In this document: piece after piece, positions 57,760 through 64,000 of the stretch
Layout of the letters: each line of letters starts with the position of its first letter
Numbering within the stretch: position 1 is the first letter of the stretch
NCBI GenBank assembly: GCA_023515725.1
Contig: JALDTO010000247.1
Span: 203,863-267,862 of the forward strand
Length of the DNA stretch: 64,000 bases
Direction of reading: 5' to 3'
DNA from: Amoeboaphelidium protococcarum X5
Taxonomy: Eukaryota > Fungi > Aphelidiomycota
Notes under the pieces: model-generated
Database searches by the model: none
The model's input: only the letters and a program-made list of their open reading frames with translations
Told to the model about the DNA's origin: nothing
Translations under genes and position numbers: made by a program

Positions 57760-58813
57760 GTATGATGGAGAACAAGTGCCAAATCAATACGAATAGATTT
57801 GTGAACAACATATAGCCTCTAACCTTCTGAAACGCGCCAGAAGATTGATTAAGCTGAGGCTTAAAAGCATTTTTATTAAACGCTATAAAATAGCGTCACT
57901 ACAATCTCTACTATGAAGTCTGTATAGGAAATCCTCAGATCAAAGATAGTAGACTGAAATACAGTAGTGTCTAACGAAGTGTTTGAAAAACAGAAGTAAA
58001 GATTGCTAAATGATGGGTTGCGGATGTCTGATTTGATGTATATGGTATCAAGAATTTGTGAGTATCTCGCAAATATCTATAAGCGTCAATTTAAGGTAAA
58101 GCATTCAATTGGTGGAATTAAACACTACAAGCGTTACTGGTATATACGGTATATACAGTATATTTGCAGATATTTTAGCGTTTAAACTCTGAGCTGGTGC
58201 GTTCTTTGTGGAAAAGTTTCAGCTTGCTGCTAATAGACAGGCATTGGCCCATTTTACTGCCGCTTTTATTAAGTTGATATTTGATGATGCTCAATTAAAG
58301 CCTGAAGATATTTTTTGCGCTGCTAAATATTGAAGAACGCCTAATTGAATTGATAAGTCTGCACGAATGAATTTTCCGTTCACTTGTATATGAATACGAT
58401 AAGCAGCACCTAAACCTGTCGCCATAAGTCATCCAATGCGTCGAAGTAATTAAATCCTCACGCGCTGCAGTGGCACCTAAGATACAGTTTAGTTAGTACG
58501 ATCTTGACACAAGTTCCAAGTAGATGGAGGTTGAATCCAGTAAAGTATTTGACTTAATGTCAGAAGATTAAGCGAATGATATACCTTATCTGGAATCTAG
58601 CTCAAAGGTGTTTGATTAACCTTCTTAACTATTTGTCTCAATGTTGGAGGAAGAATCCTGGGAAGAGTCTAGTAATGACTTTGGATTAAATTAGGAAGCG
58701 GATTCCGAAGCTGATATCGAGGCGGGGTCTGCGGATGAATCAAGGAATCCGTCTGGGTCTGAATCTGGTGTGATTATGGTCAAACTGCGTCTAATTCTTG
58801 CATGCTTAATATG
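57760..58813 (+). pseudogene. Possible decayed gene of unknown family
   Basis: A ~140-codon TGA-free acidic frame (58389-58813) is preceded by coding-like fragments broken by TGAs. Confidence 0.3.
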
Positions 58814-59373
58814 AGCCTACATATGCCTGTGGATTGTGACGTGTTTTAAAAATAAGACTTGTACACAACTGCTAAGAGAAATAAGGAAGATTCATATACA
58901 TATGTATGATTATTAAGTGTAAGATCTTGTGAAAGAATGAAGACAGAGTCGGAAAGATATTACACTATCTGATATATATTTTCATCGAATAGCCGTGATG
59001 TTGCAACATCTTTTGAAATATTGCTCTAGGTTAAATTGATCCTGATTGTTACATCTTAAAAGTACTGAATGTTAGTTCTGTAAACTGCAATGCTCATTAT
59101 ACAACAAGGTTGATCAGATAGTGTAATTTTTTATGCTATATGGCATTATCATGCTGTCGATGCTCGAATTTATTGCGCTTTGATTGAATACCACTTTAGC
59201 ATAAGGCGTGTTCACTTGGATCATCTCACGATTCATCAACGCTCAATGTAGAATTGCCGCTTCATCGAGATTTGACATGTGCATGAGTATTTCACGACTT
59301 TTGAGCCATGATGTCCTTTTTTCTTATGCTTAAATCAGTATCATTAGACTGAAATACTTCATTTGGAGTGGCC

Positions 59374-60550
59374 ATGAAAAGCTTTATTCGGCTTCTACTC
59401 GCTGCCCTGGTATCTTCTGTTCATCTGCCGCATGGTGCGTCTCACTTTTCAAGCGACAATGATGATGTCGTTTAAACTGGATTTCATGATCTGCCTGCAC
59501 AGTTTTATTCACAGTGTGGCGCTTGAATCTCAGAATCCCATTGTGATTGTTGTCGGTAAGGCTACCCGTGACATTTATATAGGAGACGCTTAATTAAGTG
59601 AAGAATTGGCCCGCAAGACTGGCCGCGAAGAGCAGTATCTCATCTCAGTATTTAACAGATAAGGTGTCCCCACATTTAACCGCGAGTTGTAGCGTCGTGA
59701 TTACAATCCGCTTTTGCTTGTGAAAGTATTCCATTTGGCTTGTAAGACTGGACAAATTGGCTTCGTTCTGCATTACATCAGTGACTAACTTGTTCCAAAT
59801 GAAAAGGACCATTTAAGTTGTGCTTTCTTGGCCATCGAATTTTAGCAACTAGAGCTATATGAAAGACTAAATTAGCAGATGAGCTTATAAGGTGGCCGTC
59901 TTGTCTTAATGGCTGTCGTCAGGGCTTTAAAGAATGGAATCTCGTTGGAAAATTTTTAGAAGACTGTCCTAAAGTTGATTGCTAGCCCTTCGGTGCGTTT
60001 AGTATTGTTAAGATAGATTCTCACCTCTATCAGAAGACCCGATGCAAGCGCATGGCTCACTTCTCACCTGCTCAGCAACCGTGATAGTGCTCAATATCTC
60101 GTAAACGCCGATTCATTGAGGTTGGTAGTCCTTGCACATCATTGGGAAACGGTCAACAGTAAGCTGACCGATGAAGCTTGTGCTATGAATTAGTTTACGC
60201 TAACCGTTTAAAGTTCAATGGCAGTTTTGGATACCGAAGCGGCCATAACTTTTGCGGAGCATTTTATTGCCCAAGTGTAACGGACTTTAGATCACTGCAT
60301 TCATACATTAGGCAATAAAATTCAATCGCTTCGCGGTTCAGGAGCTTATTGTCAAGACTGTCATCGTTGACTCCAGAGTGTTAGAGAGTATCAATGAGTT
60401 CACTCAGCAGTCTGATGTTGACTAGAGAATGGTGGTACAGTAACTATTAAGAAATTGATTCAAGATAAACTAGGCTAGTCCCCATCTCAGTCACGGGATC
60501 GCAGTTCAGTAAGAGGATGAAGAGTGTCGAGAGTTAGGTGAAGATTAATT
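59374..60550 (+). pseudogene. Frameshifted secreted protein with F-box-like start and ankyrin-like helical repeats
   Basis: Signal-like MKSFIRLLLAALVSS, then FHDLPAQF. A +1 shift near 59505 enters a ~290-codon frame (FHLACKTGQIGFV, AFLAIEFQQLELYERL) ending TGA 60368; further coding-like frame follows. Confidence 0.55.
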
Positions 60551-61020
60551 TTCATAGAATAAAGGAGCAGTAATTGGTTATATTGCGTACAACATACGCG
60601 CAATGAGGCAATGGAAACTTGCATTGAGCTGGAATCGCGATACAATTTCCAATATTAGGAATATAGAAAAGATGTTCACCCCAATTTTTACTTATTCACT
60701 CCAACGAAGGAGAGACCAAAAATTGCGTGAGACCATTAACGCCATAGAAGCATAGCTTAACTAGCCATGAGATCGTTACAAGCTGATGTTAGCACATTGT
60801 CATTCTCAAAGAGTCCCTTGTTGACGACGCGCGCGTGTTTCTTTCGCGTTTCTCAGTCAGTGAATGATGACACGCTTCATCGTCTAACAGCTACTCTCCT
60901 TTTTTAAGTCAAATTAAAGGCCTCTCATTCCTCAAATCAGCAGCCCCTTTCTAAATTTATTGCCCATTATAATTATCCACTCGTAATTAGTTAGAGAAGC
61001 TTATTTCACGCACTCACGCA

Positions 61021-62871
61021 ATGGTGGAAATTGATAGTGTGAAGGAGGCTGCACAGAGATGGCTATCACTGGATCAGAACCCATAGACTAGAGATGAAGT
61101 CTAATCGCTTTTGTAATAGGAAGATTGGACCTAATTAGAAGATATCATGTGTTAGCCATTAAAATTTGGTACTGCAGGTCTGCGTGCTCAGATGCGCGCT
61201 GGATTCTCGTGTATGAATGAACTGACTGTTATTTAGGCATCATAAGGATTGGCGATGTATCTATTGGAATCAGTAGTTGCGTCTGATGATTATGATGGTG
61301 GTGGTGGTGGTGATGCACAACACATGCAATCAGTTAGACGTCAAGGCGTAGTTATTGGATTCGATTATCGCCATAATAGTAGGAGATTCGCTCAACTCAC
61401 AGCTGCCGTATTTAAGCATGCAGCTTTCCAGGTGTATCTATTCGATGATGCTGTACCTACTCCATTCGTATCTTATGGTGTAAAGTAGCTGTAGGCTGCT
61501 GCCGGTGTGATGATTACCGCTAGCCATAACCCAGCTCAAGATAATGGTTATAAAGTGTACTGGAACAATGCTTGTTAAATATAATCAGCACATTCTGATA
61601 GAATTGAATAAATGATTCAGGAATATTAGAGTCCGTGGCTGTTTAGTACCAAGGCATTAGAAATTGAAGACGGATTACTCACTCTATTACCGCCAATGAG
61701 TTAATAGAATTATTTACATTCTGAGACCATCATTGATTAGTATTATAGAGAAATCTAGGAGCGGTTGTAATTTCCAAGTGGAAATAGTATCATGGAGAAG
61801 TCCGCTAAGGATTTCTCGTGTGTGTATACAAGTCTGCATGGCGTTGGATTAGAATATGCGCGCAGATTATTTCATGATATACTTGGATTAGACAATGTAC
61901 ATTGCGTGACTGAGTAGTGTAAACCAGATGGGGATTTTCCAACTTTAAAGTATCCTAATCCTGAAGATGCTGCGAATGCATTTCGATTGGGCATTCAGCT
62001 GGCAGATCAAGTGGGTGCTCGTGTTGTATTTGCCAATGATCCCGATGCTGATCGACTAGCGATGGCTTATAAGAATAGAGACGGCTGTTGGGTGTATCCT
62101 ACTGGAGATTAGATTGGTGTTTTACTACTCATGTTTATTATCTAGCATTTGGATAGTGGTTCCTGTGATTAGACGCTGCCTGACAAAAGAGCTATAGTAA
62201 CCTCATAGGTATCATCAGGGATATTTTAAAAAATTGCTCAGAGTCGAGGGATACATCTAGCTGTGGCAGAGACTGGATTCAAGAATATTGGTAATAGAGC
62301 ATTGAAGTTGCAGTAGGAAGGCTATCAGGTTTTATTTGCATGTGAGGAGGCACTTGGCTATAGTCCGATGAACATCATCCCTGAGAAGGATGGTATTAGT
62401 TCACTGTTATTATTGGTGTAACTTATGATGGAGTTGCATAGTCAGGATAAGACTGTTGATGAATGTTTCGAGAGTTACTATGGGCAATTTGGTTATCACA
62501 AATAAGTTAATTTTAGTTACAAAGTGCCTTAGAATATCTAATTGGTATCGATTGTTGATCATGTCTAGAACTAGTTATTGCTCAATGAACAGTCTTCTGA
62601 CCTTGGTGGTTTCAAATTAAAGTGTAAAGATTAATTATCAGTCTCTGATGACAATAGTTGCATTTAAAAGAGCAAAAAGATGTTTTGTACACAATTATAC
62701 CATCAAGATCAAGGTATCGAGGCTCGATTAATCATACGTAAGAGTGGCACCGAGCCTAAAGTTAAATTGTATCTAGAGCTTTGTGGAACTCAAAGATCAG
62801 AAGTTGACGAAGCAGCGGAAAATCTATAATATAAATTGCGTGGTATTTTGTAGTTGTAAATGTAAAAGTGA
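61021..62871 (+). CDS. PGM2: Phosphoglucomutase-2/phosphopentomutase family alpha-phosphohexomutase
   Basis: FGTAGLR, ITASHNP, DPDADR, TGFKNI, EEALG, RKSGTEPKVKLY. Confidence 0.9.
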
Positions 62872-62981
62872 TTTTGCATTGAGTATAATAGTAATACTGT
62901 ATTGTTTAGAAATTTTAATGAAAAAGATAAAAGTATTTTAAACGTATAATATTATTATCAAACAGTCTACTTCATTGAACT

Positions 62982-63922
62982 TCAGAACGGTCTTGCAGAA
63001 GATTTGAGCTATTTCCGAGCAGTTTTAGATCGTTATGAAGATTGCTGCTCTTGTGCAGCAGGATCGGCCAAATTAGAATATTCGCTCGAGGCAAACTATG
63101 GTGCCTGCTAAGACTACAGCTGTTGTTATGCATGCTAACTAGGTTATAGGGCCCAGTAAGCTGATGAATTATTGCCTTCCCGTCCAAACTCAAACACTGG
63201 CTCCATATATAATTACTGAGTAGGTAGGGACACTCTGCCTTTTATAGGAGGCGGGACACCATAATCTGCTTCATGGCTATCAAGTCGATTCATTTCAATT
63301 TCATTGTCAGTGTATCTACGACGCGATGATGATCTTTCCGGACGGTGAGGAGAAGTCGGTGATGTAGTGGAGTTAGTGCCATCGACATCTTAAAGTCTTT
63401 GGACAGACAGCGGAAGATGACCAGGATTATATTCATACTGATCCTAGGACTACTCAGACGCTGGAAAAGAGCCTTATGCTTGAAGAGAAGACTGAGCAAG
63501 TGGCATAACAGTATGACGAGCAGTCATGCTCTTGGGCAGAGGCTTGTTGTATTGATAAGTTGGATTCAGGGGATTGTAAGTCTGAGCCTTGCGTTCTCGT
63601 TCACCAGCCAGAGGCATACCACCGGCAGCACCAGGCTAAGGACGGCCATTCTTTGAGATCTAGTCCCACTCTTTCCATCGCTTCATCTCAATCAGGCGAC
63701 CATCAAACTGACCTGCAGCACCTCCATGCCCATTGGCGCCATCCTCTTTTCTCTCACCTTCCACCTCACGCGTCTTACCCCAACCGAAATCATCAAAGTG
63801 CCAGAAGGAGTATACGGGTAGCACAAAATTCCAAATAGGCAGAGCCAGCAAGTAAATGAACATATAAATGACAAAGTAGTATCGCTTGGTCAGGAAGAAT
63901 ATAAGCACAGCTGGAAGAATCA
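62982..63922 (-). CDS. Chitin synthase (class IV/Chs3-like) C-terminal part with long low-complexity tail
   Basis: YLLALPIWNFVLPVYSFWHFDDFGWGKTREV.GE. Ends TGA 62982. Similarity is lost upstream of ~63922. Confidence 0.8.
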
Positions 63923-64000
63923 GCCGATCATTCTTGACAGCAGTGAAACGCGTCTATCTTGATAACCTTGGCAACAGTCAGCTCATCTAACAAATGGTAT

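Noticed and set aside
57100-57760. Gene downstream of the carrier's promoter
   Set aside because: All three plus frames hit TGA, with no motif or convincing splice path.

Overview
Gene-dense eukaryotic nuclear DNA of fungus-like (holomycotan) type. It does not use the standard code: TAA and TAG read as Gln and TGA is the only stop, which is why the supplied standard-code ORF track is fragmented. Re-reading with UAR=Gln gives about 31 intact genes, separated by short spacers and carrying few short introns (51-85 nt). They include CFD1/NUBP2 (partial), SHP1/p47, a pericentrin/AKAP9-like PACT protein, ABCG and ABCA transporters, PUS4, a formin, a septin, two thiolases, IGHMBP2, MCM3, a membrane subtilase, PIN4, an SFR2-like GH1, DPB4, peroxisomal Lon, squalene epoxidase, an RBCC(TRIM)-WD40 protein, an SLC25A39/40 carrier, PGM2 and a chitin synthase 3' part. 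The combination of code, chitin synthase and septin fits an aphelid such as Amoeboaphelidium protococcarum (inference; UAR=Gln is already published for that species). The most notable candidates are a plant-type SFR2 galactolipid-remodelling enzyme with an N-terminal hydrophobic leader, an invariant TGTAG 3' splice site in all 11 inferred introns, a mitochondrial/peroxisomal thiolase pair with a homogenised 3' tract, and a complete TRIM architecture fused to WD40. There is also an accessory island at about 38.8-43.1 kb (nuclease-like pseudogene, Mug135-like gene, Crinkler-type NTPase-nuclease, gypsy integrase relic) and a 187-bp tandem repeat with hairpin motifs. All coordinates and family assignments come from manual translation and recalled motifs; no database searches were run.
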